Source: the human T2T-CHM13v2.0 reference genome, Homo sapiens
NCBI RefSeq assembly: GCF_009914755.1
Contig: NC_060934.1
DNA: 64,000 nt
Direction: 5' to 3' (one strand)
The notes under the pieces were generated by a model. It was given only the letters and a program-made list of their open reading frames with translations. It made no database searches and was not told the DNA's origin. Positions 25,304 to 40,336 of the stretch are shown here, one piece after another. A program made the position numbers and the translations under genes. Within the stretch, counting starts at the first letter, position 1. Each line of letters begins with the position of its first letter.

Positions 25304-28300
25304 GTACTACTACCTGCACTCTTTCTTTTCTTCTCTGTCTTGCTCTGTGCCTTAATATGTTAGGACTGTGGGGATGCCCTCTGTTGAGATGTTGAGACCA
25401 TGAATGAATCATCCCAAAAATATTTAGACAAAGTGGCTACGAAAACCAGAGCTCTAGTTCCGAATGAAACAGCTCTGGGGAAATGTGAGCCTGGTGGTGT
25501 GTTTACTTTCATGCTGATGAATGTCTGCAGGCAGATAGAGCTACTGGGAATCCTATTCATGGTGATGCTTTAGAAAATTAATCGCAGTGGGCTTCTTGCA
25601 TGCTTATATTCCTTTCCAAATATAGAAAGGCATAATTCACATTTTGAGTAGCCCAGGGGATCCATAAGAGGATAAAACCTGTATTTATCCACTCCAGTGA
25701 TGGGGAAAATTACACTTGCACCGGGAGTGGATTGTAAAAATCCATTGTACTCTTTCTAAGGTTTTTCACTTCTTTGTAAAGTAGGCAGAATATTTTTATC
25801 CTATAACGTTTTCTGATACAAGTTGCTGTAGGCTCTTCAAGGATGTCTTTTTATCTAAATAATCATGAGAGCTTGGTTATAATTTTTTGACTCTTGACTG
25901 TTGTAGTGAAAATGACTGAGTTGACCTCACACTGTGAAATTAGAAGTTGCAGGAAATGGCTCTCTACCTAAGAAGTTAGGACACTCTGGTTCCTTCCTGA
26001 TAGTTGATGCTGGCATTATTTGTGTTCCTAGCAGAGATTTATGCTTATCTGAACACATCTGGAAATGAAGATAGTGGTACTTGCCCATATTGGCGAAGAA
26101 GCTCAACATGAAGAAAGAGATGGGATGGTTAGGAAGCACTGGGTTCAACCTGCTGTGTTAACTTTCCTTTGCATTTTAGTGTACACTTAAGTGCACTTAA
26201 TAAGTCATTCTACCAAGATATTGTAGTGTGTTGTGATCTTGCTTGTCTGGCTCTAAGCATAGTGATTTAGTAGCCAGGTTTCTTTTTTTAAATCTGCAGT
26301 GAATTGTGGAACACAGAAGCTTTTAAGCGGATTTAGAACTTTCAATTCACTGCTCTGGTTTATCTTGGACTTTGCACTTAATGGCAGGTTCCAAAACAAG
26401 AATCCTATGTTTCTTCGCAAAGTAATCTTAGTAAAAGTCTTCCGAATATAAACGGGGCCAAAGTAAAGGTAGTTGCATCAGCAGTTAGCAAAGAGAGGAA
26501 AAAGAGGAGGATGGATAGAATGGGAAGCGACAAACTCTGGAGGAAAAACTACCCTGGCCAGTTTTATTTGCCTTGTCTTTCTTTGCCTCTCATCTGTACT
26601 TTGCAGAATCAGTGGGATAATGATTGTTAATTCAATTTGTAAAGCATAAGCCTATAAAAATATTCATACTTCTTCATGGTGACTTAAAAAATATCTGAAG
26701 TGGTTCCTCCACCGTTTGTGTCGTTCATCAGCTTCGGAAGAAAGACTCATACCCGTTGATCTGGACTTGAAAGAATCTCAGTGGCCTTTTCCTCCTGCCC
26801 CTCCGTTTGGCGGGGTACAGCAGTTCTCACATGCTTCAGCATCTTCTGCAGTGAGGTCCTAGGAACCTGGAGAAACAACAACAGCCACTTTTAGAAAATC
26901 ATGTCTTTGGGGATGATTGCCAGCTGAAGAAGTTTCTAATCTGGACCTTTGAAAGCATTTTATTTTCCTTCTTTTTCCCTCCCCAGCTCCCACCCCTGGG
27001 AGAACCTGCTGGACTGAGCTATGGACTGTTGCCTTCTTTGTGCCATTGGCTAATTAATTAGCACAATCTCCTGGGAGCCCTTGAGGCCCTTTCTTCTGTC
27101 CAATAGCAGTTGTTTAGCTGATGATCTGCTCGACTCCAGCAGCTGATTTCCAAGCAGACAGTAACTCTTTTATTCGCTGCTGGGACTGAGATCACAAAGC
27201 ATGTCTCCTCTGACTGTGCTGAGAGTGAATTACTGCTCACACCTAGGCTGCCCTGGGGACTCTACACAGTTTGTTACAAAGGAAGGAGACTCTAAGGATG
27301 ACACTGCCTGCTGGGGCATTTCCTGGAAGGATTTTGGTGGTGGCATTAAAGGAATTTCAGTTTAATGTTCAGCTCAGCTGTCATTGCTGGGAGACCTTGC
27401 AGGTTCCAAGGAGAGTTGTAAATTGCCCCCGTGGCCCTAAACATACCCTCACTGCTGCAGAGGGGCACCTTCCAGAGGCCGTGCTTCCTGAGGTATGTCA
27501 GGTTCCATCTCCTGGCCAAGAGCCAAGGAGCCAAAAGGCTGTGCACAGCTGGAGAGGTGTTTGATACCGTAGAGCGAGCTGGTGTTCTCCGCCCCACACA
27601 GGAGTGTGAATCGGCACCACGCAGGAATGTGGGGCCAACATCTTCCATCAACTTCTCCGCTTCCACGGGCTCTGGAAGTAGGCGAGGGGCTTGAAACAAG
27701 ATCAGAGACAGCAATGAAAGGTCAGAGCCAAGAGGGCCTATGCAGTGGGCGGACAGGCTTGTCATCGTGACCCTCAAGCTTCAGAGGGTCCGAGATGCTC
27801 AGACCCTCTGCTGCTGCCATTGATCAGCATGTTGCTTTTGTTCTGTGCTTAACACTACTTATTGGAGATCGTCCCAGGAGAACGCCCACACCTGACCTGA
27901 GACTCATTCTGTAGGTCTAGAGCAAAGCATAGGATTCCGAATTTTAACAAAGTTGAGAAACTCTGGAATAGGAGACTTGGGGTTACACCTTGGAATGAAT
28001 CCAGGCTCTATTCCTCTCTAGCTTTGTAATTTTGGACAAGCTGATTTCATCCCTCTCTGTGAAATGGAACTAATACCTCACAGAACTCTTGAAGATTAAA
28101 TGAGATAATATATGTAAAGTGGTAAATGATCAAAAAATGATGTTTATTATAACTGTATTTATTATTGTTGTTATTGCTGACACAGTGGAGTAAGAAGTTT
28201 AAAAGGCTAGGCAGAGGGATAAAGTCACAGTGAAAAATAGAAAAACGGGGTGTCTAGGGAGCCCCCTCAATTAGCACAAAAAAGTATGAATCCAGTGATC

Positions 28301-28496
28301 TTCAAAATAAGCCAGATCTTGAAATCCGTTTGTAGCAAGCAAGAGACTTTTAACTGTTAAATGGCAATTATTAGTTTAGTGTTTTAAATAACTTATTTGC
28401 ATATAATAAAAAGTTACACAGAGTTCTTCCACTCTTGCCTACTGTCTGCTCCCAGCTCCCTGTAACACAGATAACCACGCTGAAAGATAGACATAA

Positions 28497-29179
28497 TAAT
28501 GAACCGGCGTCAGTGTCGGGAGTAAATACCCAAGATTCATTGTCTCACGGCCACGGAAAACTAAGACACAGACACACAAATACTGAGGTTCAGAGTGGAA
28601 GTTTAATAAGCAAAAGAAAGAGAAGAGCTCTCTCTACTGCAGAGAGAGGGGTCCAAGAGAAATGGATTGCTGGTTCCGCAGTGGAATGCAAGGCGTTTCA
28701 TAGATGAGCTTGAGGAGGCAGTGGCTGATTTACATAGGATGCAAAAGATTGGTTGAACCAGGTGTGTCATTTGCATAGGGCACCAAAAACTGTTTAGGGC
28801 TAGGTGTGTCATTTGCGTAGGGCATGAAAAAGCTGGCCACCCCACACTCATCTTTTATTATGCAGCTGGTTCTCCACCTGGCCAGCGCCATGTTACCTGT
28901 TTCCTTACTGTACATGTGGTGGCAAAGAAAAGGGAAGAGTGGAGCCTCCATGTTAAACATACCTGGCCCTTACGTAGCCCTTTTCTACTGGCATAGCTGC
29001 CGGTGTTCACCCGTGCAAGCTTCCAGCTTGCTTATCTATGTCTGCAGCTTGATTTTTCAGACTGCTCTTTGTTAAAAAAAAAGAAATTATTTGGGGCCTG
29101 CTTTTTGTTAAAAGGGAAATTCTGTGGAGGACTCTTATACCCTTACTATCTGCCTAAATAATTTCTATCTCCTGTATCA
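28497..29179 (-). mobile_element. MER50-like ERV1 solo LTR
   Basis: Ends ...tgcctaaataatttctatctcctgtatca (reverse of tgatacaggag start); 4-bp TSD ataa; octamer ATTTGCAT at 28769-28776. Confidence 0.8.
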
Positions 29180-29204
29180 ATAACAGTAATAATCATGATG
29201 TTTA

Positions 29205-29430
29205 TTTACCACTTACAACAGGACACACACTGTTCTAAATGCTTTGTGAAGATTAACTTGTTTACAGGCTCTGAGCAAATGCTGTTATTTTGTCCTTTTA
29301 ACAAATGAGGAAGCACAAGCACAGAGAGGTTAAGTAATTTGCCCACAGTCACACAGCTATGCAGTAGAATAGGGAGTCAAATCCACACAGCCCAGCCCCT
29401 GAATCCATGGATTTATCTACTGCACCATCC
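29205..29430 (-). mobile_element. MIR
   Basis: aaatgaggaagcacaagcacagagaggttaagtaatttgccc MIR core. Confidence 0.75.
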
Positions 29431-30318
29431 TTCAAGTGTCTCTTTATGCAGATACGAGCAAATCTAAACATATTTTCTTTTCTTCTTTTTTTTTCCAAAA
29501 GGTAGCACACTGCTGCCATTGTTCTGCAATTTGGTTTTGTTCTGCACTTAACACGACTTATTGGAGATTGTCCCACATCAGAACATAAAGAGGTTCCTCA
29601 TTCTTGTTTACTGTACTGTGTGATTTTGATTAAAGAACCCTCCCTTTATGATCCAACCTGGTTATTATGGGAGCGAGTGACTAATTGAATAAGCTTATGT
29701 CTGCCAGATAGCTCTTGTAATTGAAGTGTGCTATGAAGGTTCAACACTGGAAATGGGAGAGTCAGGGGAAATGAGGGAAGAAAACTTATTACTCCAAAAA
29801 TGTTTCCAGGTAGTATTAGGTCTCCCACCTGAAAGAAATACTCAAGCAAGAGTTGTCCTGCGTTCGGGCTGCCCTAAATTAACTCCCTCTCAGAAATCTG
29901 TTCTCTTCCTATATGTGAGCTTTGAGCCTAATGAGGCTGTACCTAATGAGTGTCTCTGCAGCAGCCTTGCAACAAGAATTGGCAAAATGGAAGTGCGGGT
30001 ACCAGTGTGCCTGCCCCTCCCTCACCTGCCCCTGACATGTCCTGCTGGTCACCAGGCAGGACGGCAGCTCCATTTAGCTGATCACCTAAACAGAGGTGGC
30101 CCAGGGCCTCTGACTGTGGTGTTTCTTCAGCACGAAACGCTCTTCACTCATTCACAAAACACTGTTGAGCACCTGCTATGTGTCTGGCACTGTTGTAGAA
30201 GCTGGGGGAACTGCAGTGAAGTAGTCCAGGTCCTGCCCTCATAGAGTTTACACTCTAGCAGGAGACAACATAGCTCTGTAATTTGAGGTCAGGTGATGAA
30301 TTTAAAAATTAAAGCAGG

Positions 30319-30515
30319 GGCCGGCGTGGTGGCTTACACCTGTAATCCCAGCACCTCGGGAGGCCGAGGTGGGCAGATTACCTGAGGTCAGGAGTTCGAG
30401 ACCAACCTAGCCAACATGATGAAACCCCATCTCTACTAACAAAATACAAAAAAAATTGCCCGGTTATGGTGGCGTGCACGTGTAATCCCAGCTACTCCTG
30501 AGGCTGAGGCAGGAG
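30319..30515 (+). mobile_element. 3'-truncated Alu
   Basis: Left arm, linker and partial right arm; no tail. Confidence 0.9.
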
Positions 30516-30646
30516 TGGGAAGGAAAAAGTGGATATAATAGGGGTAGTAACTCATGTAGGCCCTGTGGGCTGTGGTCAGGACCCTGGAGTTCCTTCCCAG
30601 CATATGGGAAAACCACTGGATGGCTCTGGGCAAGGAACTAATCTGA

Positions 30647-31000
<354 letters not shown>

Positions 31001-31346
31001 TAGGAGGCAATGGTGGACAACAGGTCAGAAGATGATGTACCTTGAGCGTTCCAGGGTCCTGGCCTGAGGGAGCAAGCAGCATGATGCCCAATGAACTAGG
31101 GTTGTTGTGTGCAGAGACAAGAGACCCAGGGATAGTGGCCAGCTCCACCGGGTGGGAGCCATCGTGGGTGCCCTGGGTCCTGCCATGCCCTGTGATCCTC
31201 CGCAAGCAGGTCTGAGCCGTGCAGGGGAGAGCTGCACCAGGACTGGGGCCGACAGGCCAGCAGGGACACCCTGAAGGCTTCAGAAACCCTGGAACGGAGT
31301 TTCACAGGGAGCCCTGGGAGGGCTTTAAGTGGTGATGGTGGAATCT

Positions 31347-31639
31347 GATTTTTGTTGTTGTTGTTGTTGAGACAGTCTTGTTCTGTCACCCAGGCTGGAG
31401 TGCAATGGCATGATCTCGGCTTACTCAAACCTCCGCCTCCCGGGTTCAAGTGATTCTTCTGCCTCAGCCTCCCGAGTAGCTTGGGATTACAGGCACAAGC
31501 CACCACGCCCAGCTAATTTTTGTAGAGATGGGGTTTCGCCACGTTGGCCAGGCTGGTCTTGAATTCCCTACCTCAGGTGATCTGCCCGCCTCAGCCTCCC
31601 AAAGTGCTGGGAATACAGACGTGAGCCACTGTGCCCAGC
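31347..31639 (-). mobile_element. Alu (S-type)
   Basis: Reverse Alu with (TTG)n tail. Confidence 0.95.
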
Positions 31640-32286
31640 TTGATTTCTCTTTTTAAAGGAACGCTCAGGCTCACAGGAATCTTGGGTGAACGTTACCCAC
31701 TCTCCTCTTCCATTCCCACCTTTCCTTTATCCATTGGCTTTGTTCTGCCCAATCTTTGCCAGTCTGTCCTCTTGGCTCCTCAAGCCACATGGTAAAACAT
31801 GGCGGCCACCAACTCTCATTTTAACCACCTTGACAGAATGACTCTTTTTCTCAATTTCAATTCTCAAATTCCCAGGGAAGAGGGCTGATTGACCCAGCCT
31901 AGGGATCAGGTGCCCCCTGGACCAATCAGTGGTGGCTGCAAGGTCAAGGGGACAGGATGGCAAATCACTTTCTACCAATATGGTGGCTCTCACTGTAGCC
32001 TCAAAGGGAGAATAGGGATGAAAGGGATTTAATCCCCAGGGGAAAGAAGGTGCCTTAAAACATCACAGCTTAGGTGGAAGCCTAATCTCTTGGACTCTCA
32101 TTCTTGCAGAATATATCTATAAGCAGTGGACTTTTAGTCCCTCTCCCCTTTTTTCTGGTGCTTTCCTCCTGATGCCTTCTAGACAATCATTTGCACCTTT
32201 TCTTTGTCTGTCTCCAGTTACATGTTTTAATCATCGGGGTTTGCTTCCTCAAAGTTAAGCTATGGATGGAGTTTTCCCAAGGCCAG

Positions 32287-32329
32287 CTCTTCTTAGGAGG
32301 ATGAATTGAATTCATCCTCCTAAGAAGAG
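32287..32329. repeat. Perfect inverted repeat, 21-bp arms, 1-nt spacer
   Basis: ctcttcttaggaggatgaatt-g-aattcatcctcctaagaagag. Confidence 0.97.
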
Positions 32330-32391
32330 ATTGAATTGATAGTCACTCACAAACACACATCTGTGGTCTGGGAAGATGTGGGTTTAACAAA

Positions 32392-32619
32392 AAGCTATTT
32401 TGGTTAGAAGGAAAAATTAATATTGACTGACTCAAATCCAGAAAGAGGAAGCAGATACCAAGTTCATTTTGAAAAATAAGAGTTCATTTTAGGGGCAGAC
32501 TAGCTAAGCTCTTTTGCTTAGAAGGAGAAATTAATATTGGCGGACTCAAATCCAGAAGGAGGAAGCAGATATTAAGTTCATTTTGAAAAATAGGAGTTCA
32601 ATTTAGGGGCAGGCTAGGT
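32392..32619. repeat. Tandem duplication, 2 x about 114 bp
   Basis: aagct...ttagaagga.aaattaatattg...ttaggggcag.ctag at 32392 and 32506. Confidence 0.92.
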
Positions 32620-33118
32620 ATCACCCTTTTGAGATATTTACCAGGAGTGAGGACCACATTTCATATTCAGTTGTAAGGTACTTTTCATAACCATGGACAG
32701 TGTTTTCTTAAAGTGTTTCTCTTTCTTCCCCTATTGTGTTCTTTTTATGTAACCAGTTAATTTTCCAAATTTTATTCTGATAGAACCAGAGTCCTTTTAT
32801 TTTTTACATAACATATCTAATTCTGTTTTTCTCTTAAAGGATGCTTGCTGGTTTTGTTTTGTTCATCACTGAGGATGAGCTAATGACAGCTTTTAAAACA
32901 TCCCAGCTTGTTTTTTACTTGGATATCATCATAGAGATCCATACCACAGAAGAAAGAAGTAGGACTTTTATCTCTGAAAGGATTTTAGTGCATAAACTGT
33001 GACTTCCAGCCTGCTAGACTTCATGCTAGTCTTAGGATCTTTGAATAGCCTTAAATTAGCTGCAGGATCCAGGAAGCTTGCTCTGAAATTCAGTTGACAT
33101 GGTAAGAACCCTACTTTA

Positions 33119-33421
33119 GGCCAGATGTGGTAGCTCACACCTGTAATCCCAATACTTTGGGAGGGCGAGGCGGGTGGATCACCTGAGGTCATGAGTTCAA
33201 GACCAGCCTTGGCAACATGGTGAAAACCTGTCTACTAAAAATACAAAAATTAGCTGGGCGTGGTGGTGCACACCTGTAATCACAGCTACTCAGGAGGCCG
33301 AGGCATGAGAATCACTTGAACCTGGGAGGCGGAGGTTGCGGTGAGCCGAGATCACGCCACTGCACTCCAGCCTGAGCGACAGAGAGAGACTCCATCTCAA
33401 AAATAAATAAATAAATAAAAA
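33119..33421 (+). mobile_element. Alu (S-type)
   Basis: Alu consensus, (AAAT)n tail, flanks ending ctacttta. Confidence 0.95.
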
Positions 33422-33864
33422 CTCTACTTTACCTATTCAGTGTTCTTTTCTTTTATCCCATTCTGGCATTTTCTGAAGGGTTGCAGAGAGCACTGGTTGA
33501 AGCCTATCCTGAAGCTACCTTGGTAGAGGAGTTAATTGCACCAGGAGACCTAATTTCAGAAAGGTCACAGATTATATTCCACCCTCCACAAAAGTAACCT
33601 GGAAGATGAGTAAGTCCTGTCCTAAATTTTAGTACCAAAAACAGTGTTTGCTCAAAGAAAAAATAGTCTAGTAGAGAAAAGCACACCCTTTGGGGTCAGA
33701 CCACCAGGAATCACATACAAACTCTGAACCTGAATTTTCTTATCTACACGAAGGCAGCATGGCTGTGAGAACATGCAGTGATTTTATAAAACTCCTGGCC
33801 CATAGGTGGCAGGTATTAATAGGAAATAGCTACGTAAATATACTTCTTCTGGACTTAGGTACTG

Positions 33865-34475
33865 TTTTTGCATTGGTCACCTCTGCTTTTGAGGTCTCAC
33901 TCAAGAAATCTTTGCCCAGACCAATGTCCTGGAGAGTTTCCCCAACATTTTCTTCTAGTATTTTCATAGTTTCAGGTCTTAGCTTTAAATCTTCCATCCA
34001 TTTTGATTTAATTTTTGTATATGGCAAGAGTTAGGGGTCCAGTTTCATTCTTTTGCATATGGCTATCTAGTTTTCCCAGCACCATTTATTGAAGACATTG
34101 TCCTTACCCCAATGTATGCTCTTAGCCCCTTTGTTGAAAATGAGTTTACTGTAAATGCATAGATTTCTTTCTGGATTTTCTCTTTTTTTTTCCATTGGTC
34201 CGTGTGTCTTGTTTTTATGCAAGTCCTATGCTGTTTTGGTTATTATAGCTTTGTAGTATAATCTGAACTCAGGTAATGTGATTTCTCCAGTTTTGTTCCT
34301 TTTGCTCAGGATGGCTTTGGTTATTCTGGGTCTTTTGTGGTTTCATATAAATTTTAGAATTTTTTCTTCTATCTCTGAAGAATGTCATTGGTATTTTGAT
34401 AGGGATTGCATGGAATCTGTAGATTGCTTTGAGCAGTATGGAGATTTTTAACAATTTTAATTCTTTGAATCCATG
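33865..34475 (-). mobile_element. L1 ORF2 fragment
   Basis: ORFs 33830..34027 ([26 protein letters not shown]) and 34269..34514 (KAIYRFHAIPIKIP) are L1 ORF2p-like. Confidence 0.9.
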
Positions 34476-36009
34476 GCCAACTTGCTTGGATTTGGACTTG
34501 CTGTGCCCCCTCACAACCCTGAGCTAGTTACTTGCCCACCCCAAGCCTCCGCAGCTCATCCTTAAAGGGGGTTACGATGATATCTGCCTCCCTCTTTGAG
34601 TTGCTATCAGAATTCAGTGAGGACATGCAGATGAGAGTTTTAACAATATCTGGGCCCCTAGTAAGCACTGACAAATGTTAATTATTATTGTTACTTGTAA
34701 AATGGGCATGATTATCCCCCACTACCTACCTCTGAGGCACCTATCGAACACCAGAGATTTTGTGTGTTCGAAAGACTGTGCACACATTATTTTAAAAAGT
34801 ACAGAGGACACTGTCAATAGCAGTCATTAACAGGGTGGCAATAAGGAAATCCTATTGCTGCCTGAATGGTGTGTCCTTGAACAGTGCAGAAACTCCCTTT
34901 GCTGATACATCTCCAAGGGGCAGGGGGTGGGGATACATCACAGGAAGTACCTGCTGCCACTGCAACTCCCATCTAATTTTGCGACAGTCACGAAATGCGT
35001 CACCTACTGCATGCAACTGACTGCGTCACATGAGAGGAAGTTGGTTTTCTGCAAAGGGTAACAACTCACCGGATCAGGTCACACGGGCGGGTGGACGCAG
35101 AGCTCCGACTAGCCGCAAGTCCAGCGCTCTTTTGTGCTGCTTCTTTGTGGAAGGAAATGTGAAGAAAACCCAGCGTCACCCTGTAAACCAGACAAAATAC
35201 AAAACAGTGGAGAAGCCCAGAGAAGGCAAAACAGATTCCGGATATTTCTCTTTTAAAAGTAAAATGGCATCATGGAAGAAATTTGGCCTTCCGAAAGTGG
35301 AGGATAAAGTCATGTTCAAGGGGAAGAACAGCAATACAGCATCTGCGGCTTAGACATACAGAGCTCGTCTGTAATTTGGAGTAAGATAGGAGTGGGGGCG
35401 GAGAGGGGGAAGGCCATGCCCTTTCAGAGATTCTGAGAAACTCCAACCATAAAAGTCCATGACAACTCAAGTGCAGTACCCGTGACCCCATGTTTGTCAG
35501 GTAACAAGCTGGGTTTTGACTTTTATTTTGCTGCTTCTAACTCTGGCTGGGCGCCATGGGAGAAGGGCGGGCAGATCACTCTATTGAATACTCCAGGGGA
35601 CAGTGTTGCAGACTGGGACCCACCCTTCACTAGCTGGGTGACCTGGGACAATCCCCGTCTCCCCATGGACCTCAGTTTCCGTATCTGTAAAATGAAGTGG
35701 ATACAATTCTATTCATTCATTTATATAACAAATATTTATTCAGCAACTTATATGTTGGGCATTGTTCTCCCTATTGGGGATTCAGTGATTTTCAGAACGG
35801 AGAAATGTCTCCCTCCTGGAGCTCACGTTGGCATAGATGGCTGGCAAGACAGCTTCCCACCCTCATTGGAAATGTGTCCCTCTGCCCGCTCCATGGTGCC
35901 TCATGCCCCACCACACTGCCTACCTGCTAGACTTTTGGCAAACTGGACCACCAGTTGTCTGGAGATTGGAAAGAGCCTACTTTTTTGTTGTAATCCTTCT
36001 GTTCCTTTT

Positions 36010-36690
36010 TCCCCCTTTTAATGTAAATGTTATTAAAACATAACATCCACATAGAAAGTGCACATACTGATAAATTTTCACCAACAGAAACACACATGTA
36101 ACCAGCACCCACACCAAGAAACAAAATATGACTCACACTGAAGAAAGACCCCATGTCCCTCTGGTCTCTGATCTCCACCGTAGGGAAAACCATCTCCAGA
36201 TTTCTGATCCTAGGTATTAGTTTTGTTCTTTTTAACTTTGTCTTTGTATATACCCTTTTGTATGTCAGTTCTTTCACTCATTGTTATATTTGTGAGGTTT
36301 ATTCATGTTGCTTCACATTGTGGTGGTTTGTTTATTCTCGTATAGTATTTCATTAGACGAACGTTCAACAATGTGTGCATTTGACTGTGAATGGACGTAC
36401 AGATTATTTTCTGCTGGAGGCCATCGCTGAATGGTATTGCTGTGACGTGTGGACCTATCTTAGTGAACGTGTTTGCTTTTCCCAGGGGAGTTGCTGTGGC
36501 ATAGGTTATGTATACATTCCATTTCAGTACATTCTGCTGGTTTTCCACAATGGGTGTACAAAGTAGGTTCCCACCAGCAATGTTTGATAATCCAGGGAGC
36601 TGAACATTTTGCATCTTTTACGCTGTAGCCATTCTGGTAAGTGTGTACTGGTATCACATGGTGATTTTAATTTGCATTTTTCTGGCATCT
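36010..36690 (-). mobile_element. Ancient L1ME-type 3' fragment
   Basis: Degenerate L1 3' motifs (ttcccaccagcaatgt, gtgattttaatttgcattt). Confidence 0.65.
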
Positions 36691-36826
36691 AATAAAATTT
36701 GCCAGGGGACCCTGTTCCACTTAAACATGACAATTAAACAGAGCCGTCTGTCCACGCCAGGTCTTTTCTTCAAGGATACTGCAGTTTTCTTAGGCATCCC
36801 CCGCTTTCACACTAGTAGTAAAATGA

Positions 36827-37234
<408 letters not shown>

Positions 37235-37341
37235 TGACCAAAGGGCTAAGAATCCAGGGGAACCTTGGCTTTGATGGGAGCTGAATGTTACCAGGAGGCT
37301 CACCTGTTGCGGGCAGGTGGCACTGTTAGCCTCCCCTTTGA

Positions 37342-37942
<601 letters not shown>

Positions 37943-38436
37943 GTTGAGCCCTTACCGCCCCTCCATCTATCTTCTTCCTGTACCCAAGGGAGGCGATCCG
38001 CCCACCATGGCCAGGCCCATCTCAGAAGGATGCCTGTGCAGGGCAGAGGAATTTCAGTGTGAGAAACCTCCCTCCCTCTTGACCAGTCCATACCTGTCCT
38101 GGAGTAGGCAGGTTTCCTTGAGGAGCCTTCAATCTCTTTGTAAAATGATGAAATCAGCTTAAAGTCCAGCAAAAGAAATAGATTATTTGTATACAGAATG
38201 GTCACAATTTCAAAAGACTCATTCCTGGGAAGTAACAAATCTGTGTCATCCTTTCTAGAATGAAGTGTAAGCGTAAACTTTTCCCTTGTGGCAGATAGAG
38301 AATAATAATTCCATATACTTTAGAACTATGTTATTTTTTATATAGCATGTTCACAAAATTATTTCATTAGATCTTTAACAGAAGCCCTGCAATGTTGGGC
38401 AACAGAATATTATGCTCATTTTATAAATATAGGGGT

Positions 38437-38770
38437 GGGCCACGTGTGGTGTCTCACACCTGTAATCCCAGCAGTTTGGGAGGCCAAGGCAGGAGGATTG
38501 CTTGAGGCCAGGAGTTCGAGACCAGCCTGGCCAACATGATGAAACCCCGTCTCTACTTAAAAATACAAAAATTAGCTAAGTGTGGCGACACACACCTGTA
38601 ATCACAGCTACTCGGGAGGCTGAGGCATGAGAATCACTTGAACCCGGGAACCCAGGAGGCAGAGGTTGCAGTGAGCCAAGATGGCACCACTGCACTGCAG
38701 CCTGGGTGACAGAGCAGGACTCTGTCTCAAAAAAAAATAATAATAATAAAATAAAAAATAAAATAAAAGA
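38437..38770 (+). mobile_element. Alu (S-type)
   Basis: Alu consensus with A-rich tail. Confidence 0.95.
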
Positions 38771-39365
38771 AGGGGTGGAGCTTCAGAGAGGAAGAAAGAT
38801 ACACTGAAGGGTGCAGTTAGTAGGGGCAGAACCGAAACCCACGCTCTGGTCTTCTAACTCCAGGACAAATGCGTTTCCTATTACACGACCCTCTCTAATG
38901 GATGCCACCTAAGGTATTCTGGCATTTAGGGCAAGTGTTTGAAAGTAACATCCTATCAATTCACTAGACACAGACCCACAGGAAGTAGATAGGAACACAA
39001 TCTAAATCACTGCTATTTTTCTTAACCTCACAGCTAAAACAAAAAAAGTCCCCACCATCTTTTTTTTTTTTTAAAACTAGGCATTTTTCCTAATTTCCTC
39101 CAACTTGACTCTTACAAGCTGACCTTTTGTACCCTAGTAGGTTATGTCCTAGACCAGACTAGAAATCAGGAGTCTGAGATCTGGGTCTGGCCCAAGTTCT
39201 AACAGGCAACCCAGGCAAGGCAACCACATCATCCTGATTTTTTTGCTTTCCTGAAAGGCAGATTATGATACCAGCTCCTGCTGTTTCTTGGGGATGGAGT
39301 GAGGAAGCCTGTGAGCCAAGAGGAATTTTGTGAGCGTGCTTCGAGAAGTATAATGGCCCAGATAG

Positions 39366-39771
<406 letters not shown>

Positions 39772-40336
39772 TCACAATCAGAGAATTCTTGCTTATTGTC
39801 CTATCAAACTAGTAAAGCACTTATTTTTTCTGACTTTACATGCAGTCAGTTCCAGTGAAGACAAAACTCCCATTTTCTAACTGTCCTAATTTGTGTACTC
39901 TTAAAATAAGCTAAGAACTCCAGCTTTCATCACCATCACCTTGTACCTCTACTGTCAAAACTAATACAAGAATCACTGGGGAGATAATGCAAAGTGTCTT
40001 GGTAATTCGAATGGGAGAGGCCACTCTTACTCTGCCTGGAACTGGTGAGGTAGCTGGACTTTGCAGTGTCCTGGGCTTGAAAAACGGCCCCAAGGCTCCA
40101 ACGTGTTCTACCACCTTTGGGGAAGGTTATGAGACCTCTCCGAGATTCCATTTTTTTAAATCAGTGAAATAAAGATAAATGAGGCCTACTTCCAGTCTTG
40201 TAGGAATTAAAAATAACTCATGTAAAGTACCTAGATCAGTGTCTGCACATAGTATTTGCTCAAGAAATTCTAAATATTATTCCTTCCCCCCTCATTAATC
40301 ATAGAGAAGAAGAAAGGATATGTGTATTAGCTAGTT

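Noticed and set aside
29726-30244. 172-codon ORF
   Set aside because: Non-ATG start, runs into L2-like repeat sequence, no domain similarity recognised
35482-36021. 179-codon ORF
   Set aside because: Crosses MIR/L2-like sequence; no coding signature
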